This document shows, in pieces, positions 1 to 10,009 of a stretch of DNA of 64,000 nt. Under the pieces are notes generated by a model. That model had not been told where the DNA came from, did no database searches, and saw only the letters and a program-made list of their open reading frames with translations. The DNA is from an uncultured Gammaproteobacteria bacterium (GTDB lineage: Bacteria; Patescibacteriota; Microgenomatia; UBA10105; UBA927). Each line of letters begins with the position of its first letter. Positions within the stretch are counted from its first letter, which is position 1. Made by a program: the position numbers and the translations under genes. The stretch is taken from assembly GCA_964609895.1 (NCBI GenBank), contig CAZSTG010000003.1, positions 7,574 through 71,573 of the forward strand, read 5' to 3'.

Positions 1-804
1 CTCCTTGCTCTGATCGGCGCGTTTTTGGCAAAAGGAGTGAATCCGCCACTAGGGACTATATTCAACTGGTGTTTTATGTATATTCCTGGGTTTGTGATGT
101 TCCGCGATCCCACAAAATTTTATCTGTTTACCGCAATCGGGTACGCGGTGCTTATCCCATATGTGTTGGATCATATTGAAGGAAGAATGAAAAAAACAAA
201 ATGGTTGCCATACGCGGCATTTTTGATATTCTGGGGATTCGCTGTTCGACCATTGTTGTTGGGACAGCTCACTGGAAATTTTCAACCGCAATCAATTCCT
301 CAGGATTATGTACGGCTAAAAGATATGCTTATTGCTGATACAACTTCGTCGCGAACGTTATGGATACCGGCGGCAGAAAAATTTGCATATGCGTCCGATA
401 TTCACCCTGTATTATCTGCATCTGGCCTGTATCCGAACACATCGCTTTCAGGTGTTTTGGAAATAGCGACATCATCTGCGTTTTTGCAGAAGCTTGCTCA
501 AAGCGGTGTGCGGTATGTCATTGTTCCGATGGACACAGAAGGGAAAATATTTATGACAGACTATAAAGCCGATAACGCGCTTCGTAAGCAGGCAATTTCT
601 GTGTTGGAGCAAACAGCGTTAACACGTCATACAGAATATCAGCAGATTGCTGTGTTTGAGAATAATCAATTTTCATATCATTCGGAGATACCTACTGTTG
701 TTGAAAAACAGGAATACTGGTCAAGAATAGGACTGATTGTTGGCGTGGTAGCATTGGGGATCTGTATGGGTATTGTTATAAGAAAACGAAAATCGTTCCA
801 GTAA
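1..804 (+). CDS. Multi-pass membrane protein, GT-C/YfhO-like putative glycosyltransferase, 5'-truncated by the window edge
   Basis: Frame is open from base 1. Hydrophobic helices, FRDPTKF motif, soluble C-terminal domain (GVRYVIV) and a terminal TM helix; first gene of the glycan locus. Confidence 0.55.
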   Translation, partial: LLALIGAFLAKGVNPPLGTIFNWCFMYIPGFVMFRDPTKFYLFTAIGYAVLIPYVLDHIEGRMKKTKWLPYAAFLIFWGFAVRPLLLGQLTGNFQPQSIPQDYVRLKDMLIADTTSSRTLWIPAAEKFAYASDIHPVLSASGLYPNTSLSGVLEIATSSAFLQKLAQSGVRYVIVPMDTEGKIFMTDYKADNALRKQAISVLEQTALTRHTEYQQIAVFENNQFSYHSEIPTVVEKQEYWSRIGLIVGVVALGICMGIVIRKRKSFQ

Positions 805-807
805 TCT

Positions 808-2661
808 ATGGAGTATTTACTGCATTTTTGCTTGCTCGTTTTGTATTGTGCTTCATTGTTTTCTTTTGGATGGGTACTGGTTAAAAAATTATTTGACGGG
901 TTACCCACCTTGCTTTCCGGTATTGCTTCTTGGCTTCTGGGAACGGTCATCGGTGTGCCCGCCGCCTATCTTTTTGCCTGTTTGTTTTCCAAAACGAGTG
1001 AGCCCATACTGTGGGGAGTAGTCGCGACGACAGTTGTCGGAGCAGGATTTGTTTTGAGCCAAAAATCCAAACGCCTGAAACCGGAAAAGGGTGTTGTATA
1101 TTCTGACATAGCGTTTGTTCTGTTTTCCATTGTTTTCAGCACATGGATGATGATGAAAACATTTCATGGAGGGCTAAACGGAGTTTTGTATGTCGGGAGC
1201 AACAATGTGTTTGATTTTTCCCACGCACTTGGGATTATCCGGTCATTTTCATATGGCAACAATATTCCGTTCACGTCGCCGTTTCAGGCGGGGTTGCCGT
1301 TTTTGTATCATTTCTTCTTTTATTTTTACGTCGGTATTTGGGAATATCTTGGCGTACCGATTATCTGTGCGATGAATATTCCGAGTATATTGTCAATGAC
1401 GGCACTGCTTGTCGTCATCTATTATCTTCCGCAGATCCTGTTTAAACAAAAACCGCTTGCCGGTTGGATTGCCGTTCTTTTGTCTGTAACAAACAGCACG
1501 CTTACGTTTTGGCATCTCCTCATGCAGAAAGGAATTTCACCCGAAACAATCAAATCATTGTGGCAACTGCCGACGTATCCGTTTGCAGGACCGTTTGACG
1601 GATCGACCATCTCCATATTTACAACCCTGAACAATTACGTCAATCAGCGGCATCTTTCTTTTGCGATTGCGTTTGGATTGTTGATATGTATTTTCGTTGA
1701 TGTCACCATCATGAAAAAACAACTGACGCGTGGAAAAATGGTGTTCTTCGGATTAGTGACAGGCCTTTTGTTGTATTGGAATGCATTTATTCTCGGTATG
1801 ACCGTCGTGTTGATTGGCGGTGTGCTGCTCGTCAAAAAGCAATGGAAACACACAGGGATATTTAGTGTCGCAGTACTCATTGTCGTTATTGTGTCGTCTA
1901 TTCCGTATCTGGGCGTAGTACGGCAACTTTCACCTCTTATCGGGTATGGCGCGGGAAAAGAGCAAACATGGACCGCCATACAATATTTATGGCAGAATAT
2001 TGGACTCTTGCCCATAGGAATTGTTGTCGGATGGTTTGCAGCTCCCAAACAGAAACGGAATATCGCATTGCTGTTCATTACGTTGTTTATTATTGAATGT
2101 GCATATGCCGTGATACATCAGCACGGGTTTGATCAGAAGTTTTATTCGTTTCTTATCCTACTTGTAAACTGCATTGCGGCAATCGGGATCGTATGGGTTT
2201 GGGAAAAGAGACAAATCTTTTGGAAAAGTATTGCCGTTTTAGGACTTAGTGTGTTGATAATTTCGGGAGTGATTGATCTTATTCCTATCAAAAATGAATT
2301 TGCGTATCCGCTCGTTGATCATACACTATTCCCTGTCGTTACATGGATTGCATCGCATACTGAAAAAAGCGCAGTGTTTGTATCGTATACAGATATGATT
2401 GACCCCGTGGTATTTGCAGGAAGGAAAAATTATTTCGGATTTTTTGGAAATGTCGGTTTGATAGATCGAACCGCTGAGGTAGGGCGCGTGTATGCAGGTG
2501 ATAGAGACAGTATGAAGCGTTTGGATATCTCCTACATTCTTGTCCCTCGTTGGGAGAAAAATGATTTTTCATATCAAGTGGAAGAGCAAAAATTATCGGC
2601 GAGTACAACACTTGTGTATGAAGATGCAATGTATCGCATCTATTCTTCTGTGGTAAAATAA
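808..2661 (+). CDS. Polytopic membrane protein, putative GT-C glycosyltransferase
   Basis: 617 aa with many TM segments. The D..H...I.S...G.N.P..SPF.AG....YHF loop pattern is typical of GT-C proteins. Confidence 0.6.
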   Translation: MEYLLHFCLLVLYCASLFSFGWVLVKKLFDGLPTLLSGIASWLLGTVIGVPAAYLFACLFSKTSEPILWGVVATTVVGAGFVLSQKSKRLKPEKGVVYSDIAFVLFSIVFSTWMMMKTFHGGLNGVLYVGSNNVFDFSHALGIIRSFSYGNNIPFTSPFQAGLPFLYHFFFYFYVGIWEYLGVPIICAMNIPSILSMTALLVVIYYLPQILFKQKPLAGWIAVLLSVTNSTLTFWHLLMQKGISPETIKSLWQLPTYPFAGPFDGSTISIFTTLNNYVNQRHLSFAIAFGLLICIFVDVTIMKKQLTRGKMVFFGLVTGLLLYWNAFILGMTVVLIGGVLLVKKQWKHTGIFSVAVLIVVIVSSIPYLGVVRQLSPLIGYGAGKEQTWTAIQYLWQNIGLLPIGIVVGWFAAPKQKRNIALLFITLFIIECAYAVIHQHGFDQKFYSFLILLVNCIAAIGIVWVWEKRQIFWKSIAVLGLSVLIISGVIDLIPIKNEFAYPLVDHTLFPVVTWIASHTEKSAVFVSYTDMIDPVVFAGRKNYFGFFGNVGLIDRTAEVGRVYAGDRDSMKRLDISYILVPRWEKNDFSYQVEEQKLSASTTLVYEDAMYRIYSSVVK

Positions 2662-2667
2662 TGGCAT

Positions 2668-3618
2668 ATGGAAACGGATGACAAACAGGTAAGTGTTGTG
2701 ACGGGTGGAGCGGGTTTTATCGGATCAAATCTTTGTGAAGCACTTCTTTCAATCGGACATACTGTTTTTTGTGTGGATAATCTCGTTACGGGAACGGAAA
2801 AGAACATTGAACATATCAAAGATAATCCCGACTTTACGTTCATTAACTGGGATGTTATTAACGAATTTCCCGTATTGCCAACAATTCACTACATTTTTCA
2901 TCTTGCTTCACCCGCGTCGGTTCCTGACTATCAGAAATACAGTGAGGAAACAGCATTGGTTAATTCCGTAGGAACGAGAAACATGCTGAAGGTTGCCAAG
3001 GCCTACAAGGCAAAATTTCTGTTTACGTCAACGAGTGAAGTGTATGGCAATCCGTTTGAACACCCGCAAAAGGAAACGTACTGGGGGAATGTGAATCCAA
3101 ACGGAGTTAGGTCTTGTTATGATGAATCCAAACGGTTTGGGGAAATGATGACAATGCTGTATGTCAGAAATCGTGGAGTGGATGGGCGTATCGTCCGCAT
3201 CTTTAATACATATGGGCCGAACATGCGGAAAGATGACGGCAGAGTTATCTCCAACTTCATCAATCAGGCACTTGAGGAAAAACCGCTTACGGTCTACGGA
3301 GATGGGAAACAGACACGGTCGATCTGTTATGTGTCAGATCTTGTGGATGGACTTATGAAGATGATGTTTTCGGACAAAACAAAAGGGGAAGTCATCAATC
3401 TCGGAAATCCTGAGGAATACACCATGATTGATCTTGCCAAAAAAATACAAAAAATGACGGGAACAAAATCCGAAATTGTGTTTGCACCATTACCTCAGGA
3501 TGATCCAATGCAGAGGCGGCCTGATATCACAAAGGCAAAAACAGTGTTAGGGTGGGAGCCAAAAGTGACGGCTGACGTTGGTCTTCAAAAAACAATTGAG
3601 TATTACAAGAGCCTATAA
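2668..3618 (+). CDS. UDP-glucuronate decarboxylase family SDR (UDP-xylose synthase-like)
   Basis: TGGAGFIG, HLASPAS, STSEVYG, YWGNVNP, RSCYDESKR, RIFNTYGP and DDP..RRPDI motifs. Confidence 0.9.
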   Translation: METDDKQVSVVTGGAGFIGSNLCEALLSIGHTVFCVDNLVTGTEKNIEHIKDNPDFTFINWDVINEFPVLPTIHYIFHLASPASVPDYQKYSEETALVNSVGTRNMLKVAKAYKAKFLFTSTSEVYGNPFEHPQKETYWGNVNPNGVRSCYDESKRFGEMMTMLYVRNRGVDGRIVRIFNTYGPNMRKDDGRVISNFINQALEEKPLTVYGDGKQTRSICYVSDLVDGLMKMMFSDKTKGEVINLGNPEEYTMIDLAKKIQKMTGTKSEIVFAPLPQDDPMQRRPDITKAKTVLGWEPKVTADVGLQKTIEYYKSL

Positions 3619-3638
3619 AGTCAAAAGTCTATAAAGTC
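3613..3638. repeat. Short tandem repeat (CTATAAAGTC x2; AAAGTC x3) at the junction before the DUF5674 gene
   Basis: CTATAAAGTC at 3613-3622 and 3629-3638. Confidence 0.6.
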
Positions 3639-3660
3639 GAATACGACTGAGGAAAAATAT

Positions 3661-4002
3661 ATGAAAATAATTCGCGATACTATATCAATTCCAGATTTGA
3701 AAGAAATGTCACAGATGTGGTATGGAGAACTGGTGAAGGCGGTTGTTGATGTTGACCGTGGCATCATGGCTGTGGACGGCGAAATGCATGCAGACGAAGA
3801 GCAACTCCTTCTTAGAGACGGATCGAAACAAGAACATCTGTGGGGAATAAATATATATCCAAATAAAGAAGGTGATGATCGTATTGAATTTGATTCAATG
3901 ATAAATGTTCGGCCATCACAACACAATATGAGCAGAAGTGTTGAAGATGAAACGCTTCAAAAAACTATTCGGTCAATTGTTGATAAAATCGTAGCCAAAT
4001 AA
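3661..4002 (+). CDS. DUF5674-like small protein
   Basis: VKAVVDV...MAVDGEMHADEEQLLL..GSKQE.LWGINIYP and IEFDSMINVRP match my recollection of this family. Confidence 0.7.
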   Translation: MKIIRDTISIPDLKEMSQMWYGELVKAVVDVDRGIMAVDGEMHADEEQLLLRDGSKQEHLWGINIYPNKEGDDRIEFDSMINVRPSQHNMSRSVEDETLQKTIRSIVDKIVAK

Positions 4003-4006
4003 TTGT

Positions 4007-4330
4007 ATGTATCATCCTCCAGTTGCACAAGAAAAATGGAATGCATTTACACGATGTGAGCAAATGGCAAATATTGGCAGTGAGGTGTCACGAGCTGTCA
4101 ATTGGAAAGAAAGAGACACGCGTAGTATGCAACTTGCTGTGTATCGAGCGCTCGAATTACTTGCTCTTTCTGTTCAAGACACAAAAAATGCTGACGGATT
4201 AAGGGAAATACTACGGGTGAAGGAATGTATTGCAGATTACTTTTTGGGTAAAAATACCTATGCGTTTACGGATACATGGTGGAATAAGTATTTTATGGAA
4301 TACGCACTTGCCGCAAGGAGTGGTACATGA
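4007..4330 (+). CDS. Small all-helical hypothetical protein (four-helix-bundle/HEPN-like)
   Basis: 107 aa; W...EQMANIGSEVSRA...RALEL...EILR..E...DYF; starts 4 bp after the DUF5674 gene. Confidence 0.6.
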   Translation: MYHPPVAQEKWNAFTRCEQMANIGSEVSRAVNWKERDTRSMQLAVYRALELLALSVQDTKNADGLREILRVKECIADYFLGKNTYAFTDTWWNKYFMEYALAARSGT

Positions 4331-4548
4331 AAATTCAGGATATAGGATTTTTGGCTGCGCTCATAATTCTTCTTTTTTTTCGAAAACCAAAAGTCTTTAT
4401 TTTCGCGGGTCTTGCCTGTTTTTTGTTGGCTATTCCATTATTTGCCAAATGGATTTTCTTTACGGGTGAGCGATTGGTTTGGTATGGCGCGGCGTTTATT
4501 ACAATTGGTATACTATACATGCTACTAGCAAAGGAGAAAAAGGTATGA
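4327..4548 (+). CDS. Small 3-TM membrane protein
   Basis: 73 aa, hydrophobic, ATGA overlaps with both neighbours. Confidence 0.65.
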   Translation: MKIQDIGFLAALIILLFFRKPKVFIFAGLACFLLAIPLFAKWIFFTGERLVWYGAAFITIGILYMLLAKEKKV

Positions 4549-5531
4549 AGTTTTTAGTGACAGGTGGAGCAGGATATATTGGATCAATTACAAATGCACT
4601 ACTTCGGGCGGAAGGACATGAGACGGTCGTGTTTGACAATATGACCATGGGTCACAAAGAAGCTATAGGAGATACAAAGCTTATTGTCGGCGATCTTCGG
4701 AAAAAAGAAGATGTTGAAGCGGCATTTGCAGGGAGCACATTTGATGCAGTCATTCATTTTGCAGCACTTACCCTTCCTGGGGAATCTATGCAAAAGCCAT
4801 ATGAGTATTTCCATAATAATATTGATGGCGGGCTCAACTTGCTTGAGGCGATGCGAGCACACGAATGTAAACGCATTATTTTTTCTTCTACCTGTGCAGT
4901 CTATGGATTTCCGAAAGACCTGCCGGTGACTGAAAGCTCTCCCATTGCGCCGACATCTGTGTATGGTGCATCAAAACGAAATTTTGAAGAAGTCCTTGAA
5001 TGGTATGAAAAAATTCATGGCATCAGATTTGCGAGACTTCGATATTTTAATGCGTGTGGAGCACTCGCCGATGGAAGTCTTGGAGAAGACCATAGTCCTG
5101 AAACTCATATCATTCCTGTTGCCATCAATGCATTGATGAAAGGTGAGCCGTTTTATGTGTTTGGTCGTGATTACCATACACCGGATGGCACGTGTGTTCG
5201 TGACTATATCCATGTCTCAGATCTTGCAAGCGCACATTTGAAGGCAGCAGAATACATTGCTCGTGAGGATACATCATTGACGGTAAACCTTGGTGTCGGC
5301 AAAGGGTATTCCAATATGGAAATACTCCGCGCTATTGAAACAGTCACGGGAAAGAAACTCAATATTCAGGATAAAGAGCGACGTTGGGGTGATCCAGATG
5401 CAATTTACGCAGATAATACAGCTGCAAAAACGATACTTGATTGGGAACCAAAATATACAACGCCTGAATCAATCATAGAAACCGCATGGAAGTGGCACGC
5501 ATCACACCCTGATGGGTATACAGCAAAGTAA
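4545..5531 (+). CDS. galE: UDP-glucose 4-epimerase
   Basis: MKFLVTGGAGYIGS, IHFAA, FSSTCAVYG, YGASK, LRYFN, DGTCVRDYIHV. Start moved to the ATG at 4545. Confidence 0.93.
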   Translation: MKFLVTGGAGYIGSITNALLRAEGHETVVFDNMTMGHKEAIGDTKLIVGDLRKKEDVEAAFAGSTFDAVIHFAALTLPGESMQKPYEYFHNNIDGGLNLLEAMRAHECKRIIFSSTCAVYGFPKDLPVTESSPIAPTSVYGASKRNFEEVLEWYEKIHGIRFARLRYFNACGALADGSLGEDHSPETHIIPVAINALMKGEPFYVFGRDYHTPDGTCVRDYIHVSDLASAHLKAAEYIAREDTSLTVNLGVGKGYSNMEILRAIETVTGKKLNIQDKERRWGDPDAIYADNTAAKTILDWEPKYTTPESIIETAWKWHASHPDGYTAK

Positions 5532-5533
5532 TC

Positions 5534-6640
5534 TTACTTTTTGAAGAAACGCTTGATCATGTCGATAACGTATTGTATTTGGCCTTCTGTCATTTCAGGA
5601 TATATGGGAAGACTTAAGGATGTTTCCGCTAAGTTTTCCGCAATTGGAAATGCCCCTTTTTTATAATTGAGATGTTTGTATGCAGTTTGTAGATGCGGAG
5701 GGATAGGGTAATGGATTAATGTTTTTATGGTCTGTGATTCCAGATATTTTTGCAGTGCATTTCGTTTCCGTGTCCGTATCGGATAGACGTGATAGACGTT
5801 TGTCGAACCCGTTTCTGTCGTTGGTAGGATGATGTCTCCAACGCCCATAAGTGCAGCGCTGTAGTGTTTGGCAATTGATTGTTTTCGTTTTGTGTACGTA
5901 TTCAGGTGTCTGAGTCTCACGCGAAGAAATGCGGCCTGCAGTTCGTCCAGTCTTGAATTGAATCCGATCCGTTCATTGATATACCGCTTTGATTCTCCGT
6001 AATTTCTGATGCTGCGCAACATGTCCGCATAGCGTTTGGCATTCGTTGTCAGTGCGCCTGCGTCGCCGATTGCACCCAAATTCTTTCCGGGATAAAAACT
6101 TGTTGCATTGATATGGCCGAAACTGCCGGTCTTTTTTCCGCGAAACGTTGCCCCATGGGATTGGGCATTGTCTTCTATGACGAACAACCGGTGCGTTGTT
6201 GCAATATGCATGATTGCATCCATTTGGCAGGCCTGTCCGAACAGATGTACCGGAATGATGGCTTTGGTTTTTTTTGTTATCGCATGTTTGATTGTGTCTG
6301 GATCAATGTTGTAGGTTTTGACTTTCGGTTCGACGGGTACCGGTTTTGCTCCGACGCGCGAGACGGCAACCAAGGTCGCAATATAGGTGTTGGAGGGAAC
6401 GATGACTTCATCGCCCTGTCCGATACCGAGTGCAGTGAGTGCCAATATCAGCGCATCCAGTCCGTTTCCGACCCCGATACAATACCGTGTGCCGGAAAAT
6501 GTTGCATACTGTTTTTCAAAAGCCTGTACTTCAGCGCCCAATATGACTCTTCCGCTTTGCAATACGCGAATGAGGGAGCGTGACAGCTCCTCTTCGATGG
6601 TGTGATAGGTGCAGTTCAGATCTAGATAGGGAACATGCAT
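5534..6640 (-). CDS. DegT/DnrJ/EryC1/StrS aminotransferase (FdtB/WxcK-like dTDP-3-amino-sugar transaminase)
   Basis: GNGLDAL, EDNAQSHG, SFYPGKNLGAIGDAG (PLP Lys), NSRLDELQAA; downstream of a WxcM-like gene. Confidence 0.88.
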   Translation of the reverse strand: MHVPYLDLNCTYHTIEEELSRSLIRVLQSGRVILGAEVQAFEKQYATFSGTRYCIGVGNGLDALILALTALGIGQGDEVIVPSNTYIATLVAVSRVGAKPVPVEPKVKTYNIDPDTIKHAITKKTKAIIPVHLFGQACQMDAIMHIATTHRLFVIEDNAQSHGATFRGKKTGSFGHINATSFYPGKNLGAIGDAGALTTNAKRYADMLRSIRNYGESKRYINERIGFNSRLDELQAAFLRVRLRHLNTYTKRKQSIAKHYSAALMGVGDIILPTTETGSTNVYHVYPIRTRKRNALQKYLESQTIKTLIHYPIPPHLQTAYKHLNYKKGAFPIAENLAETSLSLPIYPEMTEGQIQYVIDMIKRFFKK

Positions 6641-6641
6641 A

Positions 6642-7577
6642 TTATTGTTTTCGTGTAACGAGTTTCAGAAACTGCTGATAATCACGGATATAATCGGATG
6701 CGTTATAGCGGTCGGAGGCAAAGACGGCGAGGATGGCATCTTCACTGTATTTGTACTGCGTACCCCATACCATTGGTGGTAAATAGAGACCCGTTGTCAT
6801 TTCCTGTAGTTCTATTTCCTCCCTGCGTGTGCCGTCATCCACAATGACGTGGACCGACCCTCTGATACACAGAAGATATTGTCTGCATTTTTTGTGTGCG
6901 TGTTCTCCGCGGACATCCTGACCGGGAACATGATACACGAAAAATACCCGTTTGATGAGAAAGGGGATATATTTCTGATATTCTACATAAGACAGGTTTC
7001 CCCGCAGGTCGGATGCTTTCTCTATTGTGTTCACCCACACATTTTTTACATGAAGTTTTTTTGGTGTTACTTTTCTGCCGGAAGCAATCGTTTTGCTTTT
7101 TTTTGCTGTTCCGGTTGTGACGTATCCGGTGATCCGTGCGGGATTTCCGACGACAATTGCATACGGCGGAACATCTTTTGTGACGACAGCGCCGGCTCCG
7201 ACCATTGCATACTCATGTACTGTGATTCCCGGAAGAATGGTTGCGTTTGCGCCGATGGATGCATGGTGTTTGACCGTTGTTTTGAGCGGTACAGTTTGAT
7301 GATGCCTGCTTCGGGGGAATTTATCATTTGCAAAGGTTGCATTCGGGCCGATAAAGACGTCGTGTTCAATGGTGATGCCGTCCCATAACTGTACGCCGCA
7401 CTTGACTGTTACGTTATCGTCCACGCGGACATTGTTTTCTATATACACGTGATCGCATATATTGCAGTTCCTGCCAATGAAGGCGGAAGCGAGAATATTG
7501 CAATACGCCCAGATGTGTGTACCTGAACCGATATGTGTTGCTTGAACTAACGCAGTGTCATGAATGAACGGTTTCAT
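6642..7577 (-). CDS. WxcM-like bifunctional N-acetyltransferase (left-handed beta-helix) / dTDP-4-keto-6-deoxyglucose 3,4-ketoisomerase (FdtA cupin)
   Basis: N-terminal hexapeptide repeats and GNPAR; C-terminal DLRGNL, RGEHAHK and YIRDY motifs. Start moved to MKPFIH at 7577. Confidence 0.88.
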   Translation of the reverse strand: MKPFIHDTALVQATHIGSGTHIWAYCNILASAFIGRNCNICDHVYIENNVRVDDNVTVKCGVQLWDGITIEHDVFIGPNATFANDKFPRSRHHQTVPLKTTVKHHASIGANATILPGITVHEYAMVGAGAVVTKDVPPYAIVVGNPARITGYVTTGTAKKSKTIASGRKVTPKKLHVKNVWVNTIEKASDLRGNLSYVEYQKYIPFLIKRVFFVYHVPGQDVRGEHAHKKCRQYLLCIRGSVHVIVDDGTRREEIELQEMTTGLYLPPMVWGTQYKYSEDAILAVFASDRYNASDYIRDYQQFLKLVTRKQ

Positions 7578-7702
7578 ACAGACGCCCATGTGTTTCTGTG
7601 TTCGGCACACGGGTGTTTGAGCAGTGTTTTCCATAATACTGAATACGTATGAAAAAAGCTAGGATGTGCCGGAAAATGCAGAAATACGATATACTTGTAG
7701 AT

Positions 7703-8251
7703 ATGCGCGTCGGTATTGATATCAGTCAGGCGGTGTATGAAGGAACAGGGGTCGGAAGGTATGTGCGGGAACTTGTTCCCCGTGTGATTGCCGCATCCCC
7801 TGAACATTCGTTCGTCTTGTTTGCTGGGTGTCTCCGCCGGAAAAGAAGCATTGAGGAATTTGTCCGCCCGATTGTGAAAACATCGAAGCGTGTTACGGTA
7901 AAGATTGTTCCCATTCCCCCTAAATTACTCCATATCCTGTGGAATATCCTGCATATTGTACCTGTCCATTGGTTTACCGGACATGTGGATGTGTTCTGGT
8001 CAAGCGATTGGACACAGCCGCCGCTTGAAAGGAACACGGTGGGGATGACCACGATCCATGATGTCAGTTTTTTGCATTTTCCGGAAAGTTTTCCAAAGGA
8101 GATTCTTATGGTGCAGAGGCGGCGTATCCTTCGGGCAATCGGCGCATGCTCCCTGTTTTTATGCGATTCCGAGGCGACGAAAAACGATGTGGCACACTAT
8201 ATCGGCATCAAGGAAAGCAAATTACTCGTAGTCTATCCGGGGATTGCCTGA
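7703..8251 (+). CDS. GT4 glycosyltransferase, N-terminal (acceptor) domain only
   Basis: MRVGIDIS..TGVGRY, TTIHD, DSEATKND; ends at VVYPGIA* with no C-terminal EGFG domain. Confidence 0.7.
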   Translation: MRVGIDISQAVYEGTGVGRYVRELVPRVIAASPEHSFVLFAGCLRRKRSIEEFVRPIVKTSKRVTVKIVPIPPKLLHILWNILHIVPVHWFTGHVDVFWSSDWTQPPLERNTVGMTTIHDVSFLHFPESFPKEILMVQRRRILRAIGACSLFLCDSEATKNDVAHYIGIKESKLLVVYPGIA

Positions 8252-8258
8252 TGAACCT

Positions 8259-9404
8259 ATGATTATTGCAATTGACGGTTATGAAGCAAATGTGACAACT
8301 CGAGTGGGGATCGGCAGATATGCCTATGAAATCCTGATGCATATGCATGCCGTGCTGCGCGACCGATACATTGCAGGTGAGCTGTCGGATGTGTATCGTA
8401 TTTATCTGCCTTCTTCCCCGATTGCCGACATGCCGAAAGCGTCTCCGTGGTGGCAATACCGTGTTGCCGGACCGAAAACCCTGTGGACTTTTTTCGGACT
8501 GCCGCGGGCACTGAGAAACGATACGCCGAAGGCAGACGTCGTTTTTTCGCCGACGCACTATATACCCCGCTTTATCAGCATTCCCCGCGTCATGTCCATC
8601 ATGGATCTTTCGTATCTGCAGTATCCTGAACTGTTCAAGCGAAGGGATCTGCATCAGTTGGTACACTGGACGCGATATTCCGTATCGCATGCAGCTGCGG
8701 TTTTTACCATCAGTGCATTCAGTAAAAATGCTATAATTGACACATACCACATTCCTGATGCGAAGGTTCATGTGACTTATCCGGGATTGAGCGCATTGCA
8801 ATCTATGGGAACGATTGAAAAATATCACATAGCAAAACACTATATCCTCTCCGTAGGCACGATTCAGCCTCGGAAAAACTACACACGCCTCATCGAAGGC
8901 TTTGCCGGATTTTTGAAGCTGAATAAACAGAAATTCGGCATGATTGATCTCGTGATTGTCGGAAAAAAAGGATGGCTGTATGAAGAAATCCTTCAGGCTC
9001 CCAAAAAATACGGGGTGGAAGACAGGGTAAAATTCCTTGACTTCGTGCCTGACAACGATCTGCCGGCACTGTACAAACATGCCCTTTGTTTTGCCCTTCC
9101 CAGCCTCTATGAAGGCTTTGGTCTGCCGGTTTTGGAGGCTATGGCTGAAGGGTGTCCTGTGGTGGTCAGTTCCGTTTCCAGTCTGCCGGAGATAGCGGGA
9201 AAAGCAGGTATTTACGTAACACCGGAGGACACCGCAAGTATCACTCAAGGACTCCTTACCGCCGTTCGTCAACGGAATCTCATGCAGGGGAGAGCACGCA
9301 TTAAAAAAGGGCTGGAACAGGTGAAAAGATTTACATGGGAAGAGGCGGCAAAACAGACCGTCGCCGTTTTGGAACGGGTAGCGCGGAAGGGAGCTAAGGT
9401 ATGA
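8259..9404 (+). CDS. GT4 glycosyltransferase (WbaZ/MtfB-like)
   Basis: VGTIQPRKN and [16 protein letters not shown] motifs. Confidence 0.9.
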   Translation: MIIAIDGYEANVTTRVGIGRYAYEILMHMHAVLRDRYIAGELSDVYRIYLPSSPIADMPKASPWWQYRVAGPKTLWTFFGLPRALRNDTPKADVVFSPTHYIPRFISIPRVMSIMDLSYLQYPELFKRRDLHQLVHWTRYSVSHAAAVFTISAFSKNAIIDTYHIPDAKVHVTYPGLSALQSMGTIEKYHIAKHYILSVGTIQPRKNYTRLIEGFAGFLKLNKQKFGMIDLVIVGKKGWLYEEILQAPKKYGVEDRVKFLDFVPDNDLPALYKHALCFALPSLYEGFGLPVLEAMAEGCPVVVSSVSSLPEIAGKAGIYVTPEDTASITQGLLTAVRQRNLMQGRARIKKGLEQVKRFTWEEAAKQTVAVLERVARKGAKV

Positions 9405-9985
9405 GAGGACTGATCGATTTTTGGGTATATCTCTGCACACTGAACGGCTATGTGTTAAGTCACACACTCCGGTTGTTTTTTTACCGGACACTGTACCGGA
9501 TAAAGATAGGAAAGCATTCGTCCATTCATTGGCGGGCGGAATTCGATAATCCCGCGGGAGTGGAAATAGGACACAATACCATCATCGGCAATGATGCGTT
9601 TCTTGACGGCCGTGCACCGATGAACGGGGACAAGAAACACTATCTGAAAAGATTTTTCGGCTCAGGCAGCAGACCGCTTCGTATCGGCAACAATGTCTCC
9701 ATCGCGGGCGAAGTGCGTATTTATACCATGGAACACGACATCGACAGTCCAGATTTTGCGGCAATCGGCGCGCCCGTCGTGATTGAAGATTATGTCGTCA
9801 TCGGATCCCGTGTTACCATACTTCCGGGGGTAACCATCGGCAAAGGGGCAGTAGTTGCATCGGGCGCCGTGGTGACAAAAGATGTTCCTGCGTATGCCGT
9901 TGTCGGCGGAGTACCCGCAACATTCATCAAAGAACGTTCAAAAGATCTTCGGTATACACTCAAATTTGCCCGTCTGTTCCAGTGA
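9401..9985 (+). CDS. Left-handed beta-helix O-acetyltransferase
   Basis: [11 protein letters not shown]...[23 protein letters not shown]...VGGVPA. Confidence 0.88.
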   Translation: MRGLIDFWVYLCTLNGYVLSHTLRLFFYRTLYRIKIGKHSSIHWRAEFDNPAGVEIGHNTIIGNDAFLDGRAPMNGDKKHYLKRFFGSGSRPLRIGNNVSIAGEVRIYTMEHDIDSPDFAAIGAPVVIEDYVVIGSRVTILPGVTIGKGAVVASGAVVTKDVPAYAVVGGVPATFIKERSKDLRYTLKFARLFQ

Positions 9986-10009
9986 GCATGCGCAAAGGAA
10001 TCATAGGAT

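Noticed and set aside
8208-9491. 427-aa minus-strand ORF
   Set aside because: Antisense shadow of a clear GT4 gene; no recognisable motifs.
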